Counted from the first letter of the stretch, positions 9,435 to 21,006 are shown. The stretch is DNA of 64,000 nt from an uncultured cyanobacterium (GCA_963703315.1 OY969811.1:896001-960000), one strand, 5' to 3'. Notes: generated by a model not told the origin, from the letters alone. Program-made: numbers and translations.

Positions 9435-11363
9435 TCAAGATGGTGTACTGATGGGGACTTCAATTCTAAACTTTGTGCCTTTCCCAATGGCAGAAAAGCA
9501 TTCTAATTTGCCTTGATGTTTTTCTACCACAATTTGATAGCTGATCGATAGCCCCAAGCCTGTACCTTTACCCACAGGCTTAGTGGTAAAAAATGGGTCA
9601 AAGAGCTTTTGGCGAATATCTTCGGGAATACCATAGCCATTATCAGCAATCCAAATCACCACTGATGTTTGTGGAGCATCGGCAACAGGCTGTTTTAACT
9701 CAGTTGTGATCGTAATTTCGCCAGCACAATTTTTTTCTTTGAGGTTTTCATCGATCGCATCGATCGCATTACTTAAAACATTCATGAATACTTGGTTAAG
9801 CTGCCCCGTATAGGCATTCACCATCGGAATATCCCCATAGCACTTGATTAAGTTAATCGGAGGACGATCTTTATGGGCTTTGAGACGATTTTGCAAAATT
9901 AATAACGTACTATCAAGACCTTCATGAATATCAAAGGGCTTTCTTCCTTCTTGATCAGTACGCGAAAAATTGCGTAAGGATAGAACGATTTGGCGAATGC
10001 GCTCAGCCCCTATTTTCATTGATGCGAGCATTTTCGGTAAGTCTTCTTGGATAAATTCCAGATCGATTTCACTCAAAAATTTCGTGATTTCGGGGATCGG
10101 TTCAGGATAATGCTTTTGATAAAGGGCGATCGCCTCTAGTAAATTTTGGACAAAGCGACTGGCATGGTTCAGGTTGCCGTAGATAAAGTTAACGGGATTA
10201 TTAATTTCATGCGCTACACCTGCCACTAACTGCCCCAAGCTGGACATTTTTTCGGTTTGAATCAGTTGGCTTTGGGTTTTTTGGAGGTCAGCAAGGGCAT
10301 TTTTGATCAGTAAGGCTTGGGCTTGGGCATTGGCGGCATTGGCTTGGGCAGAGTCAAATAATTCCGCTTGATCGATCGCGATCGCCAATTGGTTAGCAAC
10401 TGCTTGCAATAGCTCAACTTCATCGCCACGCCACGGACGACTACCCTGACAATGTGCCGCCACAATTACCCCTAACTTTTGCGATCGGGTTTTAATTGGT
10501 ACAAGTAACTGCGAAGTAAATCCATATTCAGCAAGGACGATGCGACTAACATTGTCCAAATCTGGATTGGTATAAATCGATTGAATTTGAATAATTTCTT
10601 GCTTGAGTAAGCGTTGTCCTAGTTTGGGTAATTGCGAAAGCGGATAGGTCGGGGCATCCATCAGGGAGACTTGACTCGCGGCATAATGCACTAGCTGAAA
10701 TTCGGCGGGATCGGTATTGGGAATATACCAAAAGAAATTACATAGATCGATTCGCAGTAAATCCTGTACCTCATTTACTGCGGTTGCCAAAATCGTATTC
10801 AGATCTAAGGAGTTACGAATTTGGCTAGTTAGACGACGATTTAAGATCTCTTCGCGCTTGACTAGATCTTTGTAGCTTTGGCGCGATCGCTCTAGCTCCA
10901 TTTCGGCACGGCGGCGCTCGGACTGCTCAATTTTGCGATCGCTAATATCATGGGCAACAATCACAATGTTCTGCATATCCCCCTGTTCATTTCGCATCAC
11001 ACTGCCCGACGACTCCAAGATCCGCCAAGTACCATCTTTGTGCTGCATTCGATATTCTAAAACTTTGCCCACTCCCGTTTTTAAGGTTTCTTCCGCCGCT
11101 TGAAGCACTTGGACTTGATCATCGGGATGAATTTTATCGTATGCCCATGTGCCTTGTAGTTCGGCAGTCGTATAGCCCAAAACCTTCTCGTAGGATGGAC
11201 TATTGTAAATGCGATAGCCCTGAGCATCGATCACTGCAATTAGATCGGCAACATTCTCCATAATCGATCTCAACAGGCGATCGCTTTGCAATGCTGATAG
11301 GTCAGAGGGATCGGCTTGGTGATTGGCTGATTCTGCCTGATGCTCGATACTTGCGTCCGTCAT
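9435..11363 (-). CDS. PAS-GAF sensor histidine kinase
   Basis: PAS (IHPDD), GAF, H-box [21 protein letters not shown]. Confidence 0.92.
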   Translation of the reverse strand: MTDASIEHQAESANHQADPSDLSALQSDRLLRSIMENVADLIAVIDAQGYRIYNSPSYEKVLGYTTAELQGTWAYDKIHPDDQVQVLQAAEETLKTGVGKVLEYRMQHKDGTWRILESSGSVMRNEQGDMQNIVIVAHDISDRKIEQSERRRAEMELERSRQSYKDLVKREEILNRRLTSQIRNSLDLNTILATAVNEVQDLLRIDLCNFFWYIPNTDPAEFQLVHYAASQVSLMDAPTYPLSQLPKLGQRLLKQEIIQIQSIYTNPDLDNVSRIVLAEYGFTSQLLVPIKTRSQKLGVIVAAHCQGSRPWRGDEVELLQAVANQLAIAIDQAELFDSAQANAANAQAQALLIKNALADLQKTQSQLIQTEKMSSLGQLVAGVAHEINNPVNFIYGNLNHASRFVQNLLEAIALYQKHYPEPIPEITKFLSEIDLEFIQEDLPKMLASMKIGAERIRQIVLSLRNFSRTDQEGRKPFDIHEGLDSTLLILQNRLKAHKDRPPINLIKCYGDIPMVNAYTGQLNQVFMNVLSNAIDAIDENLKEKNCAGEITITTELKQPVADAPQTSVVIWIADNGYGIPEDIRQKLFDPFFTTKPVGKGTGLGLSISYQIVVEKHQGKLECFSAIGKGTKFRIEVPISTPS

Positions 11364-11573
11364 AATGAGTTTTTAGAGATAGGACAGCATGAAATCAAAA
11401 TAAGTTTGCCTAACTGTGTAACCAAATGCAATAGCATTTTTTAAGTAGCTAATTTAGTTTTGAATGAAATGTTGAATCTTAATTTAAATCTTAATTTGAA
11501 TCTTACTGGGAATCGTAATTTGCAGCCTAGTTTGGATCGAACAAATAATCGCGTATATAGCGCTTTTAAAGAA

Positions 11574-12701
11574 ATGATTGTCTCCCCGCCGAAGGGGGGG
11601 AGACAATCTCGTACTTCACTAGACCAGTCTCTATGGTTAAAAGGACTAACGATCGCGATCGCCTGTGTGATCACAACTTCCTTGATGATGCTATTGGCTG
11701 CTCCCAGCATGGCAGCATTACCCACCAAAAGTGCAATCAAAGATCCGCGCATTATCTTACGCAATGCTTTACCCATTGACAACGATCCTCTCCGTGACAT
11801 TCAGCGCACCCTAGAGCAAATGCCCCGCCAAGCCAATCTCAAGCGCTGGAGTAGTCTCAAAAAAGATGCGGAAGTCATTTCCCAGAGCCTAACCCAAAAC
11901 CGCGATCAGCTAATTGCCGAAGTTAAGGGCGATCGCCAAGCATTAGTTACAGAACATTTAACTAGCTTAGCAACGGCATTAGTACCGCTTCAAGAAGCGA
12001 TCGCGATTAAAGACCGCAACAGTGTCAAAGCTTTATCGGAAAAGGCGTTGGACTATGTAGGTTTAGTAGAAACCGACTTTATTCAAGCATTCCCCTTTGA
12101 AGTACCAGCGAAGTATGCCAGCTTGCCTCAACTCAAAGGTCGCGCCCTCGTTGAGTTAGCCACCGAAAAGGGCAATCTCACGATTACTGTCGATGGCTAC
12201 AATGCCCCAGTTAATGCAGGTCAATTTGTGGATCTCGTCCAAAAACGCTTTTACGATGGCTTGACCTTTACCCGTGCTGATGAGAACTACTATCTGCAAA
12301 CAGGTGATCCCGATGGTGCAGCCGATGGCTATATCGATCCCAAAACTGGTAAAGATCGGACAGTACCAATTGAAGTGCGTCTCCCCGATCAGAAAGTTCC
12401 TAACTATGGCAAAACCTTTGAAGAGCTAGGTTTGTCAGGAACCTTGCCAGTGTTGCCTTTTGCAGCTTTTGGTACTGTGGCAATGGCACATCCTAACGAT
12501 AATCCCAATGCTGGTTCATCGCAGTTTTTCATCTACTTGTTTGAATCAGAATTAACACCCGCAGGCTTAAATTTGCTAGATGGCAACTACACCGTTTTTG
12601 GATATGTCACCGATGGCAAGGAAACTTTGGATAAACTAAGACTAGGCGACAAAATTTTGTCTGCCCGCGTCATCAGTGGTGCGGAAAATCTGATCAAGTA
12701 A
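11574..12701 (+). CDS. Cyclophilin-type peptidyl-prolyl isomerase (CYP38/TLP40-like)
   Basis: LRNALPIDN helical bundle plus cyclophilin domain (DGYNAPVNAG, GSSQFF, LDGNYTVFGYV); start uncertain. Confidence 0.9.
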   Translation: MIVSPPKGGRQSRTSLDQSLWLKGLTIAIACVITTSLMMLLAAPSMAALPTKSAIKDPRIILRNALPIDNDPLRDIQRTLEQMPRQANLKRWSSLKKDAEVISQSLTQNRDQLIAEVKGDRQALVTEHLTSLATALVPLQEAIAIKDRNSVKALSEKALDYVGLVETDFIQAFPFEVPAKYASLPQLKGRALVELATEKGNLTITVDGYNAPVNAGQFVDLVQKRFYDGLTFTRADENYYLQTGDPDGAADGYIDPKTGKDRTVPIEVRLPDQKVPNYGKTFEELGLSGTLPVLPFAAFGTVAMAHPNDNPNAGSSQFFIYLFESELTPAGLNLLDGNYTVFGYVTDGKETLDKLRLGDKILSARVISGAENLIK

Positions 12702-12801
12702 GTTGATGGGGCAATTAAATATAAAACCCCAAAACCTGTGGCGCACGCGCAGCGTGCGCCACAGGTTTTGGCTCTGGTTTTTAATTATGCCAAGCTACTT
12801 A
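12699..12801. mobile_element. Family A ~103-bp TA-bounded palindromic element
   Basis: Homologous along its length to 21242-21342 and, inverted, to 51648-51751; begins at the PPIase TAA stop. Confidence 0.8.
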
Positions 12802-12907
12802 TAGCTATCGTCAGTCTTGTTAGGACACAAAACCAGAAGACGAGTTGCGGCGCTTCGCGCCGCAACTCGCTTCTTGGGTTTTGATTTGTCCTAATACAAA
12901 TAGCGAT
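12800..12907. repeat. Family B palindromic element (GAGTTGCGGCGC-TTC-GCGCCGCAACTC core) abutting family A
   Basis: Core shared with 14563, 42527, 49084 and 57001. Confidence 0.8.
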
Positions 12908-12939
12908 GATTACATCACAATTATGAGGAAACAAATTTA

Positions 12940-13902
12940 ATGGGTACTACCCGCAACGAACCGTATATTTTGAGCCTGCCAAATTCTAGTAGTGCCATGT
13001 ATTTAGCAGGGACACGCGAAGAAAATTTGAAATTACTTGCAGCCGAGACAGGTGTACGGATGGTCATGCGGGGGCAAGACCTATTGATTGAAGGCACAAC
13101 TGAGCAGATTAAGCTTTGTGAGCAATTGATTACAGCCCTCAAGCCGATGTGGTCACAGGAGCAAGCGATCGCTGCTGTCGATATTCGTGCTGCCCGTCAA
13201 GCGATCGCCGAAGAACGCTCTGGAGAATGGCGCGATCGGGCTACTATTTCCCGTAATCGGCGGGGAGACTCGATCCAGCCCCGTACCCATCGTCAACAGC
13301 AATATGTGCAGGCAATGGAAAGCCACGACTTAATTTTTGGAGTGGGACCTGCGGGGACGGGTAAAACCTATCTCGCGGCAGTGGCGGCAGTGAGTGCCTT
13401 GCAAAGCGGTAAATTTGAGCGGATTATTCTCACCCGTCCTGCGGTCGAGGCTGGCGAAAGTTTGGGCTTTTTACCCGGAGATTTGCAGCAAAAAATTGAT
13501 CCCTATCTGCGTCCTCTCTACGATGCGATGCACGAAATGATCGGTGCGGAGAAAGTACCGCAATTAATGGAGAGGGGCATCATTGAAGTCGCGCCTCTAG
13601 CCTATATGCGCGGACGTACCCTCAGTAACTCCTTCATCATTGTTGATGAGGCGCAAAATACCACTGCTGCCCAAATGAAGATGGTTTTAACCCGTCTCGG
13701 ATTTAAGTCGCGGATGGTGGTCACTGGCGACATCACCCAAATTGACTTGCCCCGTCATCAAAAATCGGGTTTAGTGATTGCCATGAATATTTTGCAAGGG
13801 GTTCAAGGCGTTTCGTTTAACCTATTTGATAAATCCGATGTGGTGCGTCATCCTCTAGTCCATAGCATCATTGCCGCCTATGAAAATTCAGAATCAGAAT
13901 AA
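12940..13902 (+). CDS. phoH: PhoH-family ATPase
   Basis: GPAGTGKT, RPAVEAGESLGFLPGD, MRGRTL, DEAQN. Confidence 0.95.
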   Translation: MGTTRNEPYILSLPNSSSAMYLAGTREENLKLLAAETGVRMVMRGQDLLIEGTTEQIKLCEQLITALKPMWSQEQAIAAVDIRAARQAIAEERSGEWRDRATISRNRRGDSIQPRTHRQQQYVQAMESHDLIFGVGPAGTGKTYLAAVAAVSALQSGKFERIILTRPAVEAGESLGFLPGDLQQKIDPYLRPLYDAMHEMIGAEKVPQLMERGIIEVAPLAYMRGRTLSNSFIIVDEAQNTTAAQMKMVLTRLGFKSRMVVTGDITQIDLPRHQKSGLVIAMNILQGVQGVSFNLFDKSDVVRHPLVHSIIAAYENSESE

Positions 13903-13952
13903 ATAGGAGGTGACGCTTTGCGTCACCTCCTATGTTCAGCAAATTAAAAACT

Positions 13953-14225
13953 ATGACCTGCGAACTAAATCCTGAAAATATTCAAGTCACGATCAAGCTA
14001 TTTGCGATTTTCCAAGAAGTATATGGCGTTGATCAAATGCAAATTGAGCTTGAGTTAGGTACGAACGTATCACAAATATTCGATCGCCTAGTTAGTCAGC
14101 ACCCACACCTCGAACAATGGCGATCGCTGACTCGATATGCAATTAACTTAAACTTTGTTGAACCCGATACGGTTCTAAATAATGGTGATGAAATTGCGCT
14201 GATCCCCCCTGTAAGCGGTGGTTAG
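13953..14225 (+). CDS. moaD: MoaD/ThiS sulfur-carrier protein
   Basis: C-terminal IPPVSGG, ubiquitin-like size; alternative start at 13932. Confidence 0.9.
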   Translation: MTCELNPENIQVTIKLFAIFQEVYGVDQMQIELELGTNVSQIFDRLVSQHPHLEQWRSLTRYAINLNFVEPDTVLNNGDEIALIPPVSGG

Positions 14226-14244
14226 CAACCAGCCGCCTCGGTAA

Positions 14245-14460
14245 TTAGCCCTGCCCTGACCAATCCAGTAAGCCACTAAACTGATGTAAGTCAATAAAAC
14301 TAAGCTGCAAAAGGATCATCAACAAGGGGCCTTCTTGTCTTGCTTGCCAGCGCTTGGCAACGGCTAATTGTTCGTGATCAACGACAGACAACTCCAGTAG
14401 GTGTCTCTCTAAATCTTCTTGGCGACTAGCGATCGCGTATGTCTGGGATTGATAACTCAT
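14245..14460 (-). CDS. Small conserved protein (DUF2949-like)
   Basis: GPLLMILLQLSFIDLHQFSGLLDW resembles the DUF2949 consensus. Confidence 0.65.
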   Translation of the reverse strand: MSYQSQTYAIASRQEDLERHLLELSVVDHEQLAVAKRWQARQEGPLLMILLQLSFIDLHQFSGLLDWSGQG

Positions 14461-14549
14461 TGAAATCAAATAACTATCTACTTAAGCGATTTGGATTAAT
14501 AGCGTAGCGCACATTACCACATCTATCAACGCCCGTCAAAGTTATTTTT

Positions 14550-14634
14550 TATAGCGGTAGCTAAACCTAAAAAGAGAGTTGCGGCGCTTCGCGCCGCAAC
14601 TCTCTTTTTAGGTTTTATGTCTTAACTAGCTATA
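14550..14634. repeat. Family B palindromic element bounded by TATAGC...GCTATA
   Basis: AAACCTAAAAAGAGAGTTGCGGCGC-TTC-GCGCCGCAACTCTCTTTTTAGGTTT. Confidence 0.85.
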
Positions 14635-14709
14635 ACTTCATTTTTAAGTTCATCATAAAAATAAAAATCACTATAGAATGGTGTAATTCAGCTTAGTTAT
14701 CCGAGCTTG

Positions 14710-14813
14710 ACAGCACCTTGCACTTAAATCTGAACAGAAATTTTTATAAAAGTGTTGATTATCAACACTTTTATAAAAATTTCTGTAGTTTGTTTGATCG
14801 AAAATAGCTGTAA
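14710..14813. repeat. Family G palindromic element (ACAGC...GCTGT ends)
   Basis: Central AGAAATTTTTATAAAAGTGTTGA..TCAACACTTTTATAAAAATTTCT; related to the split element at 25288-25591 and the end at ~58426-58486. Confidence 0.65.
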
Positions 14814-14872
14814 GAATAATCCTGCTTATGCCGTTTGTAAAAATTTGTCATGCCATCATAGCTTTTGACTAA

Positions 14873-16885
14873 ATGAATAACTCTAAGGTTTTTGAAGAAA
14901 TATCTGTGAAAGATTGGAAAGCTCTTCAGCAAGAAATGAAAGAGTTACGGAAAGAGGTCAGCCGACTTCAGATGGAAAATAGCGATCTAGAAAACTCTTT
15001 ACTAACTGCAATTGAACATGGAGATCTCGTTGAAGCAGAACTACTAGAAGTTAATAAAAAATTAAAAAGTGAAATTGTCGAGCGTAAAATGGCTCAAGCT
15101 ACGTTGCAATCAATTTTAGAGATTGTCTATCGAGATAAAAACGATCTTGAAATTATGTTGGCAACGGCTACGGAGCATGGTGATGCGATCGAATATGAAC
15201 AATACAATCGTGCTGTGGAAACCATGCGCCAAAGTGAAGAACAGTTCAGAGCGATCGCCGAATCAACCAGTATGGCAATGTGTGTGAGCCGTCTAGCCGA
15301 TGGAACTATCACCTATGCGAATACTAGTGCTGGTACGATGCTCCAAAGGGAAGTCCATGAATTAATACATCAGTCAATTCGCGATATTTATTATCTTGAA
15401 TCAGAATGGCAATCTCTCCAACAGCAATTTTTGGCAAAGCAACGAATTCGTGACTATGAAATTCGATTACGCAATCCAAATCAAGAACCTCTATGGGTAT
15501 TGGCATCTTTACATTTGCTATGGCTCAAAGGAGAACAAGTTCTTTTAAGCACTTTCTATGACATTACTTTACTTAAGACCACAGAACTTGCCCTGCGTGA
15601 TTCAGAGACTAAATTAAGAGAACAGGCTAATCTGTTAGAACATCGTGTAGAAGAGCGAACTTATGATTTGAAGTTAGCAAAGGAAGCCGCAGAAGCCGCA
15701 AGTCTCTCTAAGGCAGCATTTTTAGCCAATATGAGCCATGAATTGCGAACACCTTTGAATGCGATTCTTGGTTTCGCTCAGCTTATGCTCTATGATCAAG
15801 AGCTAAATAATCAACATCAAAGTGATCTCCAGACTATCTGCAACAGTGGTAATCATTTGCTAAATATGATTAATGACATCTTGGAAATGTCAAAGCTTGA
15901 AGCTGGTAGCGTACTTTTGCGAGAGAAGGAATGCTATCTCTATGAGATTGTAGATACGGCAAGAGATATGCTAATGCTCAAAGCCCAAGAGAAAGAGTTA
16001 TTATTTGATTTTAAAATCCATCCAGATGTCCCTGCCTATATCTATGTCGATGAAGGCAAGCTGCGCCAAATATTAATCAATTTGATTAGTAATGCCATCA
16101 AATTTACAAGTACAGGACATATTTATGTTCGGGTGATGCCCTCAGTCATCACAGAGACATCTAAGCAAGAAAATCACCAACACCTCTATTTTGAAATTGA
16201 AGATACGGGTAGTGGCATCTCTGAGGCAGAGTTACAAACTTTATTTCAACCTTTTGTCCAGACAGAATCAGGTAGGCGATCGCAAGAAGGTACGGGCTTA
16301 GGTCTATCAATTAGTTATAACTACGTCAAGCTCATGGGTGGAGATATGTCAGTAACTAGTAAACTAGGGCAAGGTTCCACTTTTAGATTTTGTATTCCGA
16401 TTAGGTCGTTGGGCTTATTTAATCAAGATTCTTCAGACAAATCACTAAGTCGGGTAATTGGTGTGGAGAGTAGAGAGACTTACCGCATCTTAATAGCCGA
16501 AGATATTCGCCTCAATCGCCAACTCTTAACTAGAATTTTGTCACCTTTAGGTTTTGAACTACGAGAAGTCACTAATGGAGAAGAGGCGATCGCTATATGG
16601 CAGTCTTGGTTGCCTCATCTCATTTGGATGGATGTAAGGATGCCAATATTAAGTGGACAGGAAGCAACAGCCGCTATTCGAGAAATTGAAGCAAAGACCA
16701 ATGTTCCCGCATCTCAAAAGGTACGAATTATCGCTTTAACTGCAAGTCTCATCGATCTTCGAGAAGAGGAGCTATATCTAAATGGTTTTGACGGATTTGT
16801 GGCTAAACCATTTACTGAAGATAAAATATTTTCGAGAATGGCTGAGCATTTAAACTTGCAATACATCTACAGCGATGCAAATTAA
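14873..16885 (+). CDS. Hybrid sensor histidine kinase (coiled coil-PAS-HisKA-HATPase-REC)
   Basis: MSHELRTPLN H-box, GTGLGL, C-terminal receiver with MDVRMP. Confidence 0.93.
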   Translation: MNNSKVFEEISVKDWKALQQEMKELRKEVSRLQMENSDLENSLLTAIEHGDLVEAELLEVNKKLKSEIVERKMAQATLQSILEIVYRDKNDLEIMLATATEHGDAIEYEQYNRAVETMRQSEEQFRAIAESTSMAMCVSRLADGTITYANTSAGTMLQREVHELIHQSIRDIYYLESEWQSLQQQFLAKQRIRDYEIRLRNPNQEPLWVLASLHLLWLKGEQVLLSTFYDITLLKTTELALRDSETKLREQANLLEHRVEERTYDLKLAKEAAEAASLSKAAFLANMSHELRTPLNAILGFAQLMLYDQELNNQHQSDLQTICNSGNHLLNMINDILEMSKLEAGSVLLREKECYLYEIVDTARDMLMLKAQEKELLFDFKIHPDVPAYIYVDEGKLRQILINLISNAIKFTSTGHIYVRVMPSVITETSKQENHQHLYFEIEDTGSGISEAELQTLFQPFVQTESGRRSQEGTGLGLSISYNYVKLMGGDMSVTSKLGQGSTFRFCIPIRSLGLFNQDSSDKSLSRVIGVESRETYRILIAEDIRLNRQLLTRILSPLGFELREVTNGEEAIAIWQSWLPHLIWMDVRMPILSGQEATAAIREIEAKTNVPASQKVRIIALTASLIDLREEELYLNGFDGFVAKPFTEDKIFSRMAEHLNLQYIYSDAN

Positions 16886-16919
16886 TTTTCCCATAGACAA
16901 GAGGCTTTAAGCCTCTTGT

Positions 16920-17186
16920 CTATCTCACGTATGAACGAAATGGTGAATCTCTTTCAGCTAAGATTTCTTGCATTCTTAAGGTGTTATACACAGGATTATC
17001 TTGGTAACTTCCATAAAGAATGATGTTTGCTAAAAATCCATTTACTCCCCGTATATCTTCAATCCGTTCCACATATTTGCAAGATTTAATCGATGGATTG
17101 TCTTTACGCCAGTTTAAATATTCAGAATAGCTACCTGCAATAATTAAAATCTGGGTGTTTTTGGAACTGTCAGTAATAGCTTTCAT
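16920..17186 (-). CDS. Hypothetical protein
   Basis: 88-aa ATG-start ORF filling an intergenic gap, with a terminator-like hairpin over its stop. Confidence 0.6.
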   Translation of the reverse strand: MKAITDSSKNTQILIIAGSYSEYLNWRKDNPSIKSCKYVERIEDIRGVNGFLANIILYGSYQDNPVYNTLRMQEILAERDSPFRSYVR

Positions 17187-17386
17187 TTGTATACTATCTT
17201 TTATATCTATAATATTTTCTAGTCAAGTCTCAAGTTAATTCCCCGTTTGCAATCTTCAACAAACTTAGTATAACTTAACACATTTTGTCGTCACCCATTA
17301 AGGTGTAGAAAAGGATGAATAAAAGCGAAGCTTGGATGCAGCATTTCCTATAAACAATCGTGTAGACTAAGAACTAAAAAATGAGC

Positions 17387-17492
17387 TATACCAAAACACA
17401 AAATGGCTACGCCATTTTGTGTTTTTAAAAACCTTACTGGGTTTGGCTTTCAATTCACAAAAGTGTCGTCACACTTTTGTGAATTGGTATTA
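17387..17492. mobile_element. Family E ~106-bp double-hairpin element
   Basis: Inverted homolog at 51544-51649; ATACCAA...TTGGTAT ends; two internal hairpins. Confidence 0.8.
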
Positions 17493-17517
17493 ATTGTGGT
17501 TATTTGGAATTTTTGCA

Positions 17518-18279
17518 ATGCGTCTTAAACCTTATCTAATGTCAGTCTTAGTTGCACTCTTACTAATCATCACTAGTTGTGCTTCCTTAGGACAATCTGC
17601 TAATGCTCAACTGTCTGATTCTCAATTTGAAGCCAAAGTTTTAGAGATTATTCGCAAAAATCCACAGGTGATTTTAGACTCAGTGCAGTCTTACCAAAGA
17701 TCGCAGGCTCAACAGGAAGAACAAGCCCGCGATAAGATACTGTCACAAATTCGCCAAGAGCCACGTTTGCTACTTCGCAATTCGCCAGTTACAGGTTCAG
17801 CAAGCCAAAAAATTATTATGGCGGAGTTCTCAGATTTTGAATGTCCTTATTGCGCTAAAGCTCAGGCAGTAGTCAAGGAATTCATGACAAAAAATCAGAA
17901 GGATGTCACCTTGGTATATAAGCATTTCCCACTTACGGAAATTCATGCACAGGCAGAACCTGCGGCGCTTGCTTCATGGGCGGCTTGGCAACAAGGTAAG
18001 TTTTGGGAATATCATGATGCGTTGTTTGAGCAGCAGAGTAAACTTGGCGAAGAATTTTATTTGGAATTAGCGAAGAGTTTGAAACTTGATGTGGATAAAT
18101 TTAATCGCGATCGCCAAAGTAAAGAAGCTAAAGAAACCATCAAAAAAGATTTTGAACTTGGTAAGTCTTTAGGAGTACGTGGTACACCTTCCTTTGTTGT
18201 GAATGGTGTATTTCTCTCTGGAGTGCCAGATGTCAAGAATTTAGAAGATTTAGTTGCTCAAATTAAAGCAGGTAGATAA
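17518..18279 (+). CDS. DsbA-family thiol-disulfide oxidoreductase (lipoprotein)
   Basis: EFSDFECPYC, GVRGTPSF, lipobox-like ITSC. Confidence 0.92.
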   Translation: MRLKPYLMSVLVALLLIITSCASLGQSANAQLSDSQFEAKVLEIIRKNPQVILDSVQSYQRSQAQQEEQARDKILSQIRQEPRLLLRNSPVTGSASQKIIMAEFSDFECPYCAKAQAVVKEFMTKNQKDVTLVYKHFPLTEIHAQAEPAALASWAAWQQGKFWEYHDALFEQQSKLGEEFYLELAKSLKLDVDKFNRDRQSKEAKETIKKDFELGKSLGVRGTPSFVVNGVFLSGVPDVKNLEDLVAQIKAGR

Positions 18280-18330
18280 TTTGGCGTTGCATATAGCGTT
18301 AATAAAAAAGCCGCCTACAGGCGGCTTTTT

Positions 18331-18424
18331 TATAGCGTTTCACAGTCTAGTGAAGTACGGGATTGTTTCCCCGCCGAAGGCGGGGAAACAATCCTCTGTA
18401 TCTAGCTTGTTTGAAAAGCGCTAG
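18331..18424. repeat. Family C element (TGTTTCCCCGCC-GAA-GGCGGGGAAACA core; TATAGCG...AAAAGCGCTA ends)
   Basis: Copies at 28660, 48977 and 53241; degenerate copy at 52610. Confidence 0.85.
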
Positions 18425-18425
18425 A

Positions 18426-19727
18426 TTAACCTTCTTTTAGTTGACTAGAAGGTGAATCTAGGTCAAAGAGAACTTGCAACATTTGCATAGCCTTACGGCG
18501 CGTCTCAATATCCTGTTGAGCGCGAAGCTGCACCATTGGATCATGCAAAATTTTATTGATGATGCCGCGAGTCATACTCTCGATCACATCTTGATGTTTG
18601 TCCGCAAAGTCATTACCGAGACGCGATAGAGCTTTCTCCATTTCCTGCTCGCGGATGATTTCCATCTTTTGACGCAGCTTGCTGATTGTGGGAACTGTCT
18701 CTAGCGATCGCCACCAGCTATCAAACTCCGCCACACAACCTTCCAGCAAAATTTCAGCTTGCATCGCCATTTGACGACGGCTTTCTTGGTTCTCAGCTAC
18801 CACTGCTTGCAAATCGTCAACGTTATAAGCTTTGGTATTTGGCAACTCGTTTACGTCAGAACTGATGTTGCGTGGTACGGAAATATCTACCAGAGTCAAG
18901 CCAGTGTGATTAGTAGCAATTTCTTCCAGATTTTTACGACTGATGATCACCTCGGTCGAAGCCGTACTGGTAAAAACTAAGTCAGAAATTGATACACAAT
19001 CAAACATCTGCTCAAGGGGATGAATATCGAACTGAGCGCCACTTGTTTCAAATTCTTTGAGCATAGCTTCAGCCCGCGATCGCGATCGATTGACGATCGC
19101 AATTTTTTGCGCCCCTTTGGAAATTAAATGCTTTACTAACAAGCGTGACATTTTGCCAGCGCCGATGATTGTCGTATGCTTATCCGATAAATTTTGCAGC
19201 TTAATTTGAGCTAGCTCCACTGCCGCCGAACTGATCGATACAGCACCTGTACCAATTTCGGTTTCAGTGCGAACTCGTTTACCTGCGGACAAAGCTTGTT
19301 TAAAAAGTTGGTTGAGAATTCGACCTGCGCCATTATGCTGCTGGGCGAGGCGATGCGTATTTTTGACTTGGGCAAGAATTTGACCTTCACCAAGCACGAG
19401 ACTGTCTAAGCCTGAGGCAACTCGCATCAAGTGAGTCACGGCATCTTGGCGAAGCAAAATAAACAGATAGCGACGGAGGTACTGTAGAGGTAGTTGGCTA
19501 AATTCCGAAAGAAACTGCATAATTTCACGAATGCCACTTTCAGCTTCGCTAGTGACTACATACAACTCTAAGCGGTTACAGGTGCTTAAAATGGCAGCTT
19601 CTTCGATACTCGGATAGCTCATCAGTTGAGCGATCGCAGCTTCCATACGATCTTCAGGAATACTCAGCTTTTCCCGTACTTCCACAGTCGCCGTTTTATG
19701 ACTCAAGCCAACAACTGCAATATTCAT
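18426..19727 (-). CDS. hemA: Glutamyl-tRNA reductase
   Basis: [27 protein letters not shown]. Confidence 0.97.
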   Translation of the reverse strand: MNIAVVGLSHKTATVEVREKLSIPEDRMEAAIAQLMSYPSIEEAAILSTCNRLELYVVTSEAESGIREIMQFLSEFSQLPLQYLRRYLFILLRQDAVTHLMRVASGLDSLVLGEGQILAQVKNTHRLAQQHNGAGRILNQLFKQALSAGKRVRTETEIGTGAVSISSAAVELAQIKLQNLSDKHTTIIGAGKMSRLLVKHLISKGAQKIAIVNRSRSRAEAMLKEFETSGAQFDIHPLEQMFDCVSISDLVFTSTASTEVIISRKNLEEIATNHTGLTLVDISVPRNISSDVNELPNTKAYNVDDLQAVVAENQESRRQMAMQAEILLEGCVAEFDSWWRSLETVPTISKLRQKMEIIREQEMEKALSRLGNDFADKHQDVIESMTRGIINKILHDPMVQLRAQQDIETRRKAMQMLQVLFDLDSPSSQLKEG

Positions 19728-19865
19728 ATCGTAAATGCGTTTCTTATTTAGGAATTGGACTAGAAATTATTATCTTATTGGATGAGCTTATCAGGAGATA
19801 GCTACCACTGTAGTAGGTACTTATTACTCCTTAACTTTCTGTAATATAGCTGTTGCTATTCTTTA

Positions 19866-19925
19866 AAAACCCCAAAAAGGTAAAGGAAAGTGCTTCGCAC
19901 TTTCCTTTACCTTTTTGGGGTTTTT
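19866..19925. repeat. Long palindrome / terminator downstream of glpX
   Basis: AAAACCCCAAAAAGGTAAAGGAAAGTGC-TTC-GCACTTTCCTTTACCTTTTTGGGGTTTT. Confidence 0.8.
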
Positions 19926-19962
19926 AATTACCAGCGCCATAGGCACTGGTAATTTTAAGTTA

Positions 19963-21006
19963 TTAACGCAAATTAATAGTCTTAGGGCTATCGCCAGTCA
20001 AGTGAATGGTGTCAACAAAACGAGCAGTCTTGGATTGAGTGGAGATGACCAAAGACTGAGTACGGCAACCGCCACCAAAGAAGCGCACGCCTTCCATCAA
20101 GGTGCCTGGAGTAATACCACAACCAGCAAACAATACGTCTTTACCGCAAGCCAATTCGTGAGCATCATAGACTTTATCGCCATCTTCAATACCCATTTCC
20201 TTAAGACGAGCCAAGTTGCCTTCACGAGTCCACTTCGCACTTTCAGGAGTATTAACTTCGGCTGGGTCATACACTAGACGACCTTGGAAATGTCCACCCA
20301 AGCAACGCATTGCCGCCGCAGAAATTACGCCTTCAGGTGCAGCACCGATACCCATCAAAGCATGAATGTTTGTACCAGCAAAACCACAACAAATTGCGGC
20401 AGATACGTCACCATCACTGATCAAACGGACACGAGCGCCCGCAGCACGAATTTCGGAGATCAAACCTTTGTGACGAGGACGATCCATAACTACTACGACC
20501 AATTCTTCGATCGAGCGATTTAGACATTCTGAAAGAATTTTCAGGTTTTCGGTAGGTGTTTTACGAATATCGACATGACCCTTTGCGGCAGGAGGTGCAG
20601 CTAGTTTGTCCATATAAAAGTCTGGAGCGCGGAATAAGCCATTGCGCTCAGAGATTGCCAATACAGCCATTGAGCCATTTTGACCATAAGCAACGAGGTT
20701 TGTGCCTTCGCAAGGATCAACCGCGATGTCGATTTCTTGTAATTCTTCAATGGTGCAGAATTCAGCAGCATTTGGCTGTGTGCATACACCTACTTCTTCA
20801 CCGATATAAAGCATGGGCGCTTCGTCACGTTCGCCTTCACCAATAACGATGCGTCCACGCATATGAATTTTGTTCATCCGTTCGCGCATTGCTTCAACAG
20901 CAGCTTCATCAGCTTCGTCTTTTTTGCCCAAGCCCATCCACTTAGAAGATGCGATCGCTGCCTGTTCTACGACCTCAATAATCTCAAGGCTGATTGTATT
21001 ATCCAT
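19963..21006 (-). CDS. glpX: Class II fructose-1,6-/sedoheptulose-1,7-bisphosphatase
   Basis: [31 protein letters not shown]. Confidence 0.97.
   Translation of the reverse strand: MDNTISLEIIEVVEQAAIASSKWMGLGKKDEADEAAVEAMRERMNKIHMRGRIVIGEGERDEAPMLYIGEEVGVCTQPNAAEFCTIEELQEIDIAVDPCEGTNLVAYGQNGSMAVLAISERNGLFRAPDFYMDKLAAPPAAKGHVDIRKTPTENLKILSECLNRSIEELVVVVMDRPRHKGLISEIRAAGARVRLISDGDVSAAICCGFAGTNIHALMGIGAAPEGVISAAAMRCLGGHFQGRLVYDPAEVNTPESAKWTREGNLARLKEMGIEDGDKVYDAHELACGKDVLFAGCGITPGTLMEGVRFFGGGCRTQSLVISTQSKTARFVDTIHLTGDSPKTINLR

Noticed and set aside
11460..11573. NLNLNL N-terminus of the PPIase
   Set aside because: It derives from a short tandem repeat upstream of the likely start.
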